In this document: piece by piece, positions 40,791-51,227 of the stretch | Numbering within the stretch: position 1 is the first letter of the stretch | How the letters are laid out: the number at the start of each line of letters is the position of its first letter | Source of the DNA: Polyangiaceae bacterium | Lineage (GTDB): Bacteria; Myxococcota_A; Polyangia; Polyangiales; Polyangiaceae | Assembly (NCBI GenBank): GCA_033763455.1 | Contig: JANRKO010000035.1 | Coordinates: forward strand, 17,905 to 81,904 | DNA length: 64,000 bases | Direction of reading: 5' to 3' | Translations under genes and position numbers: made by a program | The notes under the pieces: model-generated | What the model saw: only the letters and a program-made list of their open reading frames with translations | Database searches by the model: none | Told to the model about the DNA's origin: nothing

Positions 40791-43223
40791 TTATTCAACT
40801 TCGAAGTGTACGGCTTGGCTCCGTTGGCCATCAGGGGTGGCAACTTCAAGTTGATGCCTCCCGGGCACCAGTGGCCAGCTGAGGCTGTACGGTGAGTTTA
40901 CTTCGTCTAAGAGTTGGCCATTTAAGAAGAACCGAAGTGGCACGGCACGCGGTGAACGCGCCCGAAATACGATGCGCTGTTGGTCGCGGGTGAGCGAGGG
41001 ATCCAAGAGAAATCGCGCCCCTTCGAACGGATATTCGAGAGCAGGCAGCGCGTTTTTGGTGGTCGACGCAGGGAAATCATTGAGCACACCGTGGGCTCGC
41101 CCACAGGCGCTTATTACACCTGGGCGGAGCGGGCGTTTGGCCTCCCTTGCCCACGACTGATATTCGTTCGGGTACACTTCGATGACGTGTGCTTCTGCGC
41201 CAGGGCACGCAGACGCGCTGAGCTCGCGGCTCATGGGTTCGATCCACACGCGTTCGTGCATGTCACACGCTTGGGTGGAAACATGGGAAGGCGCAAACCA
41301 TTCGATCTGGGAATGCGGACAGGCGGACCCTACCAACTTACCGCTGAGGGGGCACACGTTTTGCGCTATCAAGCCTTGCTTGTCGACGAGCGGAGCGGGA
41401 GAACGCCCACGCATCGCCAACAGCATAGCGTCGCGAAAGAGCGGGCCTGCACCCGTGATGCCGCTGGAGCGTTCGAGCGGGGTGCCGTCAAAATTCCCCA
41501 CCCACACCGCTACCGTTACCTCCCGTGTGTAGCCGACCGCCCAGTTATCCCGAAAAGCCTTGGAAGTGCCCGTTTTTGCGGCCACAGGAAAGGGAAGATC
41601 CAGCACGCTGGTTTCGCCAAAACCGGGCGCTCGCGCGGCGCTGTCTGAAAGAATGCTGGTAACGAGTGCGGCCGTTTTAGCCGCGAGCACTCGGCGTTCG
41701 GCGGGTATTGGCACCTCGAAGGATTGTCCCTTTGCGGTCACGGCTCGGTTCGCAAAGGCCAGCGCTTGGTAGATCCCGCCGCGGGCTAGAGTGGCGTAGG
41801 CCGCTGCTAGTTCACCGAGAGTGACTTCACCGTCTCCGAGAGCAATCGCTGCACCATAGTGACCCGCAGGCTGATCGAGGCTCGCGAAGCCAAAGCTGTG
41901 GAGCATCTCTAACACTTCGGGAGGCCCCACTCTGCTTGCCGTGTAGACGGCAGGGACGTTGAAGGAACTGGCCAATGCTTGCCGCAGGCGTACGGGGCCA
42001 TGGTAGCGGCGGTCGTAATTTCGCGGTGCGTAGTCGAGCTTCTCGCCTGCGATGTGCAGCTCTACATCTGGCAGGAGGGTTGCGGCGGTGAACCCCAATC
42101 GCTCCATGGCGGCTGCATAAACGAAGGGCTTGAGTGCCGATCCAGGCTGCCGCCGCGCCAAGACACCGTCATTTTGGCCCAAATCGGCGTGGGATGCGAA
42201 CTCTGGAGAACCAACGTATGCCAAAACTTGGGCCGTAACGTTGTCGACGATCAAGGCCGCAGCTGCAGTGCCGTGATAGGCCGTCATTCGCTTACGTGTG
42301 TGACGGACTAACTCCTCGAGTTCGCGTTGGGTATCTAGATCGAGCGTGGCTCTAAGCTCTTTGAGTGCCCCATGTTGGCGCAGCGAGCGCTCGAGCTTCC
42401 CACGAGCGAGCGCTCTTACCAGATGTTCCGCGCCTTCGGCGAAGGTAGGCCTCTGTAGAGTTACCGGTTGTGCGAGAGCGAGGTTCAGCTGCTCGGGTGC
42501 TATTGGGAAAAGGCGCTGCATGCGCTCTAGAATACGGTTGCGGCGCGTCCGCACTGCGGCTGGATTGCGTAGAGGATCATAGAGGTTGGGTCCCCTGGGG
42601 ATCGCCGCTAGGGTTGCCGCTTCGGCGAGATCGAGCTTGGCCGCGGGCTTGTCCAAATAGCCCCTGCTTGCAGCAGCAATCCCGCGCAAATTGGGTCCAA
42701 AATTCACCCGATTGAGATACTCCTCCAGGATAGCGGGCTTGCTCAGCTCTCGTTCAATTCGGAGAGCTAATAGGGCCTCCTTGAGCTTTCCCCAAAGCCC
42801 TGGCGGTCGCTTAAACACGGCTCGTGCTAGCTGCTGCGTGAGAGTGCTCCCGCCTGAAACTACGTGCCCAGTGGTTAACCACTGGCCGAATGCGCGTGCG
42901 GTTGCCAGAACATCCACGCCTGGATGGCGGTAGAAACGGCCGTCTTCAGCCGCGATGAGTGCGTTGATGAGTGCCGGGCTTACCTCTGAAAGCCGGATCG
43001 TGGAGGCTTCGGCGCGATCCGGCGCCCGTAGCTCGGTGAGCCGTCGACCATGGCGATCCAACACCAGCAACCCGGGCTCGGGTGGACCCTGAATGAGTGA
43101 GGCAGGCAGGGGCGTGAGGGAGACCGCAGCAACTAGCGCGAACGCAAGTAAAACAAATGCCAAAGCTCCCGAAAAGAGCCATCTTTGGAGGCGGGCCTTA
43201 GGCGTTAGCTTACATTGCGCCAT
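40791..43223 (-). CDS. pbpC: Penicillin-binding protein 1C
   Basis: EDGRFYRHPGVD, GGSTLTQQ, PGSALKPF, SFN, KTGTS. Downstream of alpha-2-macroglobulin. Confidence 0.93.
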   Translation of the reverse strand: MAQCKLTPKARLQRWLFSGALAFVLLAFALVAAVSLTPLPASLIQGPPEPGLLVLDRHGRRLTELRAPDRAEASTIRLSEVSPALINALIAAEDGRFYRHPGVDVLATARAFGQWLTTGHVVSGGSTLTQQLARAVFKRPPGLWGKLKEALLALRIERELSKPAILEEYLNRVNFGPNLRGIAAASRGYLDKPAAKLDLAEAATLAAIPRGPNLYDPLRNPAAVRTRRNRILERMQRLFPIAPEQLNLALAQPVTLQRPTFAEGAEHLVRALARGKLERSLRQHGALKELRATLDLDTQRELEELVRHTRKRMTAYHGTAAAALIVDNVTAQVLAYVGSPEFASHADLGQNDGVLARRQPGSALKPFVYAAAMERLGFTAATLLPDVELHIAGEKLDYAPRNYDRRYHGPVRLRQALASSFNVPAVYTASRVGPPEVLEMLHSFGFASLDQPAGHYGAAIALGDGEVTLGELAAAYATLARGGIYQALAFANRAVTAKGQSFEVPIPAERRVLAAKTAALVTSILSDSAARAPGFGETSVLDLPFPVAAKTGTSKAFRDNWAVGYTREVTVAVWVGNFDGTPLERSSGITGAGPLFRDAMLLAMRGRSPAPLVDKQGLIAQNVCPLSGKLVGSACPHSQIEWFAPSHVSTQACDMHERVWIEPMSRELSASACPGAEAHVIEVYPNEYQSWAREAKRPLRPGVISACGRAHGVLNDFPASTTKNALPALEYPFEGARFLLDPSLTRDQQRIVFRARSPRAVPLRFFLNGQLLDEVNSPYSLSWPLVPGRHQLEVATPDGQRSQAVHFEVE

Positions 43224-43309
43224 CTAATCGTGGGGTTGCTGCACCAAATAGAGCAGCATCAAGGCGTGGCCGCCGGGGTGCCTCACGGCCAGCGCACTTC
43301 TAGGGTGGC

Positions 43310-46300
43310 TCAACGAACCTCAATCACGGTGGCTCCCGTGCGACCAAAATTCTCCGGGCTGTACATCTCTTCGGCCTGGGTGGGCGGCACCACAAAGCGC
43401 CCAAGCGTTGTCGCGCGTGCAAGGTAGCGGAAGTGATGAATGCCAGGGGGTAAGTGATCCATGAAAAAGAGCGCGCGATCGTCGCGGAGCTCCTGGCGGA
43501 AAGGTACAGAGAGAACACGCGAGCCTTCGGCGGTGGCTTCGTAGTCCTCTTCCTCGGTATTGTTGTTACCAAAGCCGCTGCTCGGAGCTTCTGTGAGCCA
43601 GGCCGCTGTGGTCACCAGGTTGGTATCTACAGCTTCCATGCCCGCAGCTAAGCGATCGTCGAGCACCACGTATTCGCGCGGCTCCCCGGTAACTATCAAT
43701 AGATCAGTAACGACCAGATCTCCGCCCGCAAATGTGGTTTGGCTCTTTTCCGGAAGCGACAGCAGCGCGGCTCCGAGCGACTCGGAGGTGACTTTTCGTA
43801 GGGACTTTTGCACGAAAAATCCTCGATCGAGCGGCTCTTTGGGGGGCTCTTTGAGCGCGTACCGGAGCTCGGCCGCATAAAAAAGTACACCGCGCCCGGT
43901 TTGTTGAAAGGTAAGATCCCGACTGTTCACGGCGGCCATCGGGAGCTCCTTGATCACGGCGAGGGAGCTTCGACCAGCGAACGCGTGTTGCAAGAATTTG
44001 TTCTGACCGAGCGTTACCGTGATTTGAGCATCCGGTGAATCGCGCTCCGCTGCCTTCTGGTAGTCGTTCAAGGCGAGGAGGGCAAAAGCCGTCTCCTGCG
44101 TTGTTCGCCAAGAGCCGCCCTTTCTGGCTAACAAGAGCCCGCGAGCGAGCCGTGCGCCTAGGGGGTGATCGGGGCGCGCTGCCACCAGTGCGCGTAACAA
44201 AAGTGCGGTGGTGCGTGCTTCGGAGTCCATGAGGCTCGCGTAATCGTCCCCCAGATTCTCCGTGGAAAATGCTCGATTTTCAGTGATGTGAACGCTATTT
44301 TCGAGGGCTTCGATCAGCCGGGTTTGTGCGGCTTCGGGTTGCTTGGAGGTTACCAGAGCGTGCAGCACCAGCGCTTTGGCGAAGCTAGGAAGATCGGCGC
44401 GTTGCGCGAGGCGCGTCATATAACCCACGTCGGGCTTGCCGAGGAGGGCGAGCACATCCACCATGAATGCTTGGGAGGCTAACGCCACTTTATCTTCCTC
44501 CGAGTGAGCGAGATATTGGCGGAGGTATTCGGTGCCGCGCTCCAGCACGCTAGGTCCGAATTTTACACCGCGCTGTTTGGCCTCGAACAGCACCCAGAGC
44601 GCATAGGGGCTCACCCACGGAGAGCTTTCACTCGATTCTGGCCAAAGACCAAAACCCCCGTCGCCACGCTGCCGGCTCACGATCTCAGCCACGGTGCGTT
44701 CGATCAATGCGTCAGCATTCGGGGGCAGTGCGAAGCCAAATTCCCGAGCCAGATCACGAAGCGGCAACAACGGCAGAATTCGGCTCGAAAGCTGCTCGGT
44801 GCACGCATAGGGGTAGTCCAAAAGCTGCGACATGCCCGCGTCCAAGCCCACCAGGGCCGTGGAGGAGGCCGTCACGGTGAGGCCCCCTACGTCTCGGCGT
44901 ACTGCACCCAAATTACCCAGCTGTTCTCGCGAAAGAGCGCGCGTCTCCCCGTAGAGAGCCACAGTCTCCAAATTCGTGGGAGTTTCCACGCGACGGTTCA
45001 CTTCCACCGCGTCCCGTTCTTTGTCGGTACTCGCAGTGAAGTTGAAGCGTGCGCTGCCCGCTTGGTCAGCACGGAACTTGAAGCGAACTTCTTTAGATTC
45101 GTTGCGACCAAGGGCTACGCGCGTGAGCGGCTGACTCAAAAGGGAGATGCCCGAGGCTTGAGCCTTTACCGAGACCTCAGCAGGCCCGAAATTCTTCGCG
45201 CTCACCACAACTCCCGCCTCTAGGTTATCGCCAATCCGCAAAAATCGCGGCAAGGCGGGGCGCGCCATGAGTGGCTTGCTCGTGGTGATGTTGGTTTCAG
45301 CGAACCCGTAGCGGTCATCCAGGGCAGCGGCCACGGCCATTAGACGAAAGCTCGTGAGCGTGTCCGGTAGCTTGAAGGATACCCGCGCCATTCCTTCGGG
45401 ACCGACTGCTAGCGTCGGATTGAAGTAGACGCTTTGTCGGAAATCCCGACGCACAGAGGAAGAGCCCTCGCCGCCGCCACCTCCTTCGGCACCTTTCTGG
45501 AGACCCAGAATGTCCCCGAGTGGATCGAGGTTCAAACGCGCGAGCGCCTCTCGCGATTCGAGCGTGGCAACCTGAAGTGCCCTCGGTGCCATGAACACTT
45601 TGAGCGGATCGGGTGCGTGGTAGTTGATGAGGGAAAGCACACCTTCGTCGACCGCATAGAGGGTTACCTCAGCCGGGTGGGGCTTACCTGCAGCCGTCTT
45701 CACCGCCAGATCCACCACGACGTCTTCGCCGGGGCGATAGTCTCGACGGTTCGGCTTGATATCTAGATTCAAGCGCCGAGCTTCGGCATCCACTTTGAGC
45801 TCCACGTAGCCCAGGCGAAATGTCGGTGCACCAAGATCCGGCTTTCCCGGGCCTTTGGGGGGAGCGGTTCGGGGGCGCACCAATTCTACGGAAATGTACG
45901 CATTGGGGCGGATCGCATCCGTCACGGGAATAGTAACCGTAGGCGTTGCACCGGATACGTGAATGCGCCGCTTTTCGTAGACGCCGGCGCGCTCCACCGT
46001 GATGATGGCATCGGCTTGTGGAAAGGGGGATTTGATCAGCAGCCGCGCTCTTTCACCGACTTTGTATTGAGCCTTATCCAGTGAAAGCGAGAGCTTTTGG
46101 TCGTCAGAATCGGGCCACCAAGCTTGGCCGGAACCGATACCGTAGATGGAGTAGGCGGCGCGAGCCTCCTGGCCTTTGCCATCTTTGGCGCGCGCAAGCA
46201 CCAAGAAGTAGCCGGCATCGGGAACCTTGAGCTCACACTTAGCAAGCCCGTTGGTGGTCACGCCAGTGCAAGTTGAAACGACCTCATCGATCGCTCGGCT

Positions 46301-49033
46301 AGTGGAACCGTAGCTATCCCCCTTTTGCTCTCGCACTAAGCTAAAGCGGCGGCGAACCAACTCAACAGTTACGTTCCGGCCAGCTACGCGTGCACCCCCA
46401 GGATCGATCGCGGCAAACTCGGGAGTAAGTGTGCCGGGAGCATCTACGAAGTAGTTCTTCGGCTCCAAAAGACCGAGGTAGAAGCGCGCCGGATGCACAA
46501 TGCTTGTTGTTCCAGCCGAAAAGGCCTGGCGTGAAACGTCGGTTACTTCTGCGTCCACACTGATTGCTTCTGGCTCCGTTTGGCCGGGCAGTGCCAAATC
46601 TATCGGAAGCGCGAAGTGCCCCTGGGCATCGAGGGTGGCATTACCCTCTTTTAACGTCGAAAAGCCTGGGGACTTACGATCCAGATCGGCATCATACGCG
46701 CTAGCGTCCGTGATGAGCCCAGCTGATTGGGGAACAACATAATGGGTCGGGTTGCGACTGGCCCGATAGCTCACTTTGGCGCCATTCATGGGCGCCCCGT
46801 ACAGATAATCTCCGGTTACAGTAAAAGATGCACGCTCACCGCGTTGGTAGCTGGGCTTTGAACTCTCAACGCCCACCTTGAACTCCGCAGGCTGGTACTC
46901 GGCAACGCTGAAGGTTTCATACAGTCCTCCCGGTGCCAGGCCATCGGTGCGCAAGCTGTAGCTGCCAAGTGCTGCTGAAAGCGGTAAGCGAACTTCAAGA
47001 TCAAACGTCCCGAAGGAGCTCGTGGTTACCTTCTGACGCAGAATGTTTTGGCCATCCGGAGCTTCCGCAACAATGTCGAAGCTTTGATTGGGCAAGATAT
47101 CATTTCCGGTTTTCGCCTCGCGACGCACAATGCCTTTGACCTTCACCGCGTCACCCGGCCGGTACAGTCCACGTTCGGTGAAAAGCACGCCGAAGTAGGG
47201 CTTTTGCCCGGAGTAATCCGCGGGCACGTCAAAACGCCAAGGCGAGATGATGTTTTCCGCGTGCCGCACGACAAGATCATCTTCGGTGCGCGCCACAAGC
47301 AGCTGGTCGTTCGTGGAATTGTAGCTATGCCGAAGTTCGCTCGCGGGCACTTCAGTGAAACCCTCGGGATTGGTGAAGTAGCGTTTTGATACGCGTGCAC
47401 CTGTTTGCACTTCGACAGCCGCGTTAGCCACTGGGGCTCCCGTTGAAAGGCGCGTGACCCAAACCAAGGCTGTGTCCGTTGAGAGCTTCGCCGTGAGCGC
47501 AAGATCGGTAATTTGTAAGATCCTGAGCTGGTGTTCTTGCTTACGATCCGCCCCAATGTGTTCGGTGAGTATGGCCATGGGTCCGCGCCGTGCACCTGTT
47601 GAACCAGTGGGCGAGGAGGCGAGTTCAACCCCATTTTGATCGGGCCGATTCTTGACAGCGGGGGGCTGAAAATCCTGGGTTCGCGCCCTCGGCAGGGCAC
47701 GCAACAGGCGTGCCTTTTGGGATGTTTCGTCTATTTTGTCGAGGTCCGCCACGTTCTTTGGCGTGAGGGGAACCGTGGTGACTCGATAGCGCTTCAGATT
47801 AACGCTAGAGATCGGTATCTTTGAACTTTGCTCTGGCTCGAAGATCTCGCCTTCCACTCCAATGGCGAGGGTGGGCGGGTAATCTCCGAAGGTGAAGTTG
47901 CTCTTGGTTGAGCCAACCACGCGCTGGCCGTAGATGTCGCGGAGGTTCGGATCGAGCGAGAGAGTGTAGGTTTGCCCGGCGGCGAAGGGCCCCGAGAGGC
48001 CTACCCAACTGGTGGGTTCGTTTTCGTCTTGCCAGCTATCCCAGCGCAGTTTTACGGGCGGCTCAATGCGTACAGCTTGCCGCAGATCTTTAGCTTTGAT
48101 TGGATTGGAGAGATCGAGCCAGGGGGCGCTGCCCGCTTCGCAAGGTGCCTTCGGAGTTTGTCGCGAACACGCAAATTCTACACGGAGTGGGCCATAAGTA
48201 AAAAAGCCGATGGTTTGTGACCTTGCACTCAAAAGGGGGCCCGCGAGGCTACCGAGCTTATCCGAGATGCGGAGCTCGATTCGGCTATCGACGGGTAACG
48301 GTGTGTTGGGCTTTACCAGGAGGAGCTTGTGGTTCCCCTTTCTGGGATGCGATACGCTAAATTCGAGCGGGGTGAGTTTACCTGCGGTGATCGCAAAAAG
48401 GCCCGACTCCTGCTTGAGCGTTTCAAGCGCAATCGGCTGATTGAAACGCAGCTCAAGGCTCTTGTCGGTGGTGACACCTCGGGCTTCCGCGCTGGGATCA
48501 CTTGATACGAGCTTGGGCCGAGGTGTGGAAAAATCCCAACGAAATTCGGCAGGAAGCTGCTCGCCGGTGAGTGACTTGAATTCGCGCGGGATCGTGACGA
48601 CGTAGTGCGTGGCCTCCCGCAAGCGACCGGAGGTGGGTGCGAAGATGAGCGCACGGGTTCCCACCATTTGCCAGCGGCCAGGGACTTCCGGTGTGAGGCG
48701 CAGCTGTGGCGTTTTCTCGCCTTCCGCCAAGTCCAGCGCTTGTAAGGGTGTGCTGAAGACCACCTGAAGTTGAGAAAAAGCTGAAGCCTCTCCCTTTGGC
48801 CCCGCAAACACCACACGGAACGGCCCCGCATAGGAGTCGCCTTTCGGCGATTGCGCTAGGCTCAAGCCCGGATTGGCCACGGGCGCACTCACGCGCTGCT
48901 GCGGAGCGCAGGCTAACACTACGAGGGCTACCAGACCCAGCCAGCGTTCCGAGCGCCGTGGGCCCAAAGCCCGGCGTATCGCAGGCCCCTTATGGCCTCG
49001 ACTGGAACGGGCCGCCTGCAAACTCTTTCCCAC
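43310..49033 (-). CDS. Bacterial alpha-2-macroglobulin lipoprotein with Ig-like repeats (start uncertain)
   Basis: Lipobox VLAC, FTERGLYRPGD, AVDEGVL, thioester YPYACTEQ, AEEMYSPE.FGR. Confidence 0.93.
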   Translation of the reverse strand: MGKSLQAARSSRGHKGPAIRRALGPRRSERWLGLVALVVLACAPQQRVSAPVANPGLSLAQSPKGDSYAGPFRVVFAGPKGEASAFSQLQVVFSTPLQALDLAEGEKTPQLRLTPEVPGRWQMVGTRALIFAPTSGRLREATHYVVTIPREFKSLTGEQLPAEFRWDFSTPRPKLVSSDPSAEARGVTTDKSLELRFNQPIALETLKQESGLFAITAGKLTPLEFSVSHPRKGNHKLLLVKPNTPLPVDSRIELRISDKLGSLAGPLLSARSQTIGFFTYGPLRVEFACSRQTPKAPCEAGSAPWLDLSNPIKAKDLRQAVRIEPPVKLRWDSWQDENEPTSWVGLSGPFAAGQTYTLSLDPNLRDIYGQRVVGSTKSNFTFGDYPPTLAIGVEGEIFEPEQSSKIPISSVNLKRYRVTTVPLTPKNVADLDKIDETSQKARLLRALPRARTQDFQPPAVKNRPDQNGVELASSPTGSTGARRGPMAILTEHIGADRKQEHQLRILQITDLALTAKLSTDTALVWVTRLSTGAPVANAAVEVQTGARVSKRYFTNPEGFTEVPASELRHSYNSTNDQLLVARTEDDLVVRHAENIISPWRFDVPADYSGQKPYFGVLFTERGLYRPGDAVKVKGIVRREAKTGNDILPNQSFDIVAEAPDGQNILRQKVTTSSFGTFDLEVRLPLSAALGSYSLRTDGLAPGGLYETFSVAEYQPAEFKVGVESSKPSYQRGERASFTVTGDYLYGAPMNGAKVSYRASRNPTHYVVPQSAGLITDASAYDADLDRKSPGFSTLKEGNATLDAQGHFALPIDLALPGQTEPEAISVDAEVTDVSRQAFSAGTTSIVHPARFYLGLLEPKNYFVDAPGTLTPEFAAIDPGGARVAGRNVTVELVRRRFSLVREQKGDSYGSTSRAIDEVVSTCTGVTTNGLAKCELKVPDAGYFLVLARAKDGKGQEARAAYSIYGIGSGQAWWPDSDDQKLSLSLDKAQYKVGERARLLIKSPFPQADAIITVERAGVYEKRRIHVSGATPTVTIPVTDAIRPNAYISVELVRPRTAPPKGPGKPDLGAPTFRLGYVELKVDAEARRLNLDIKPNRRDYRPGEDVVVDLAVKTAAGKPHPAEVTLYAVDEGVLSLINYHAPDPLKVFMAPRALQVATLESREALARLNLDPLGDILGLQKGAEGGGGGEGSSSVRRDFRQSVYFNPTLAVGPEGMARVSFKLPDTLTSFRLMAVAAALDDRYGFAETNITTSKPLMARPALPRFLRIGDNLEAGVVVSAKNFGPAEVSVKAQASGISLLSQPLTRVALGRNESKEVRFKFRADQAGSARFNFTASTDKERDAVEVNRRVETPTNLETVALYGETRALSREQLGNLGAVRRDVGGLTVTASSTALVGLDAGMSQLLDYPYACTEQLSSRILPLLPLRDLAREFGFALPPNADALIERTVAEIVSRQRGDGGFGLWPESSESSPWVSPYALWVLFEAKQRGVKFGPSVLERGTEYLRQYLAHSEEDKVALASQAFMVDVLALLGKPDVGYMTRLAQRADLPSFAKALVLHALVTSKQPEAAQTRLIEALENSVHITENRAFSTENLGDDYASLMDSEARTTALLLRALVAARPDHPLGARLARGLLLARKGGSWRTTQETAFALLALNDYQKAAERDSPDAQITVTLGQNKFLQHAFAGRSSLAVIKELPMAAVNSRDLTFQQTGRGVLFYAAELRYALKEPPKEPLDRGFFVQKSLRKVTSESLGAALLSLPEKSQTTFAGGDLVVTDLLIVTGEPREYVVLDDRLAAGMEAVDTNLVTTAAWLTEAPSSGFGNNNTEEEDYEATAEGSRVLSVPFRQELRDDRALFFMDHLPPGIHHFRYLARATTLGRFVVPPTQAEEMYSPENFGRTGATVIEVR

Positions 49034-49210
49034 GCCCAAGAACTCTAGAAACACGCAGAACCTCCAAGCCTCACAGTGGAGAACGAGGGCAAGCGATACA
49101 AGCAAAAACCACGAGAGGCTCCCCGTTTTGAACGAACAGCGCTACATCTTGCGTCCTTAGCTTGGCCCCCCACGAGCGGGCCGGGCGAACACCCTAAAAA
49201 GGAGCGCACT

Positions 49211-49909
49211 GTGATCAAAATCCGCCGAGCTTCGGAGCGTGGCCATGCAAACCACGGCTGGTTAGACAGCTACCATACGTTTTCGTTCGCGGACTATTAC
49301 GATCCCGATCAGATGGGGTTTCGCGCTTTACGCGTGATCAACGAAGATCGCGTGGCGCCGGGCAAAGGGTTCGCCACCCATTCCCATAAGGACATGGAGA
49401 TCGTTTCTTATGTGCTTGAAGGAGCGCTTCAACATAAGGACTCCATGGGTACGGGTTCTGTCATCCGCCCGGGGGACGTACAGCGCATGAGCGCTGGGAC
49501 CGGCGTGTCGCACAGTGAGCAGAACGCGTCGCCTTCCGAACAGGTACACTTCCTCCAGATTTGGTTGCTGCCAGAGCAACGCTCGATCCCGCCGAGCTAC
49601 GAACAGAAAAGCTTCCCAGAGTCTGAGAAGCTTGGTCGGTTACGCTTGGTGGCGTCGCCGGACGGAAAGGAAGGCAGCGTTACCATCCATACGGAGGCCG
49701 CGCTTTACGCGGGAATTTTTGATACTGGCCAAGCCGCGGAACACTCTTTAGGTGCTAACCGGCATGCGTGGGTCCACGTGGTGCGTGGCCGTGCAGAGGT
49801 CAATGGTACCGAGCTTTCCGCGGGTGACGCGGTGGCTCTTTCAGCCGAACCCCGCGTGTTGCTCACAGGGATCGAACGCGCCGAAGTCTTGGTGTTCGAC
49901 CTGGCTTAA
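49211..49909 (+). CDS. Pirin-family protein (YhhW-like)
   Basis: RGHANHGWLDSYHTFSFADYYDP, HSHKDMEI, MSAGTGVSHSE. SD AAGGAG before the GTG. Confidence 0.93.
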   Translation: MIKIRRASERGHANHGWLDSYHTFSFADYYDPDQMGFRALRVINEDRVAPGKGFATHSHKDMEIVSYVLEGALQHKDSMGTGSVIRPGDVQRMSAGTGVSHSEQNASPSEQVHFLQIWLLPEQRSIPPSYEQKSFPESEKLGRLRLVASPDGKEGSVTIHTEAALYAGIFDTGQAAEHSLGANRHAWVHVVRGRAEVNGTELSAGDAVALSAEPRVLLTGIERAEVLVFDLA

Positions 49910-50038
49910 GCTCGGCCCCGAGCCCCCTGATCAACTTCCCCTCAACCCACAAACCCACAATTCCCCAGGAATTGCCCCGGGCGCCCAACGAATGTTAGGC
50001 GCCCGGTTCGGATGTTAGTTAACTCCAGTTAGGCAATT

Positions 50039-50857
50039 TTACATAGAGCCGGCACCGGCAGCGCCTCCGGCAGGCGCCTCCGGAAAGTCTGGATAATAGA
50101 GAGCCGAGCCCGGCACGATTTCAACGTCGGCGCCGGTCGTCGCCGTAGAGGGAGCGGCCTTACCCGGCGTTACCCATACCACCTTGGCATGTGTATTGCC
50201 TGCGCCTTCCCGGTGGTAAAAGTCAAAGAAGTAGTACTTGCTGGCGTCTAGCGTGACAGGTTTCGAGAACTGCGAGGCCTGTGCGAAACTGTCTGTCGGC
50301 GTGAATTCGGGGTTTAGCGTTTCCGCACCAGCGAGGTGCTTGCCATTTGCGGCGCTTGCGCACGGCATCTGCGGATCCAGTCCCTTGCACGCCTCAATCT
50401 GCTCGTTGATCGACTTGGCGCTCTGATCCTGGCTCAAGAAAAACGATACCTGGTTGTCGCCTGAGACCCCGAAGTAATACGTGCCTGTGGTTGGAGGCTT
50501 GATGAAGCCGCGGATACGCTCGCCAAAATCTGAACCGAAATCCGCGGTTGCCGTGTCCGCATTGAAGCCATCAGCCTGAAGCTTCGTGAGCTCGTCTTTG
50601 CCGGTGGGCGGGACGGTCTTTGCGGTTGTTTCGCGGAGGATCTTGGTGAACTGGTCACCTTCTGGGAGGGGTATCCACCACTCCCGGCGCACCTTGCCGG
50701 CGGCTCCCACCGTGGCGTCGCCATCGGCAATGGGAAGGATCGGATCGCTATTACCGGTTGTGCCATCGCTGCCACAGCCCACGAGCGCCGTAACGCCGAG
50801 AGCTAGGAAAAGGCCTCGCCCAAGGATGGGCAGATTTTTCTTGTTTAAGGAACTCAT
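50039..50857 (-). CDS. PA14-domain lipoprotein
   Basis: Lipobox LVGC. FGERIRGFIKPPTTGTYYFGVSGDN...HREGAG. SD GGAGG. Confidence 0.8.
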   Translation of the reverse strand: MSSLNKKNLPILGRGLFLALGVTALVGCGSDGTTGNSDPILPIADGDATVGAAGKVRREWWIPLPEGDQFTKILRETTAKTVPPTGKDELTKLQADGFNADTATADFGSDFGERIRGFIKPPTTGTYYFGVSGDNQVSFFLSQDQSAKSINEQIEACKGLDPQMPCASAANGKHLAGAETLNPEFTPTDSFAQASQFSKPVTLDASKYYFFDFYHREGAGNTHAKVVWVTPGKAAPSTATTGADVEIVPGSALYYPDFPEAPAGGAAGAGSM

Positions 50858-51227
50858 GGTTAACTTACCTCCGAACTAAGGTTTTTGAAATTGGGCAATG
50901 CAGCTTAACTGCGTGAAATGATACACAAGCACTCTAAGCTGCGGGCGGAGCATACTCACGTGAGTGAGAATGTCGATGCTCATATAGCATGGACGGGGCA
51001 ATGATCGACCGCGAGTCAAGGTTGCTTCGCCAGCGTCGACGCGAGGGTTGCCCAACGGTCGACGGATTCCGCCAAAGCTGCAAAAAGCCACGACGAATGG
51101 GCGCGAAAGGCGCATTTTGTTGCGCCGGAGATCGCGAGGTCGCCGACCTTATCCACAGAGTAGCCACACGTGAGGCGGTCAAGAGGCCAGGGGCGCGTGT
51201 TCAGGTTTCTGCCGCGCACCGCGACAC

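Noticed and set aside
40791..49033. Alpha-2-macroglobulin and PBP1C pair as a novel system
   Set aside because: This pairing is well established in Gram-negative bacteria, and the CTEQ thioester is canonical.
49983..50034. Integron attC-like GCCCAAC...GTTAGGC
   Set aside because: There is no extended L/R box pairing, no cassette array and no integrase.
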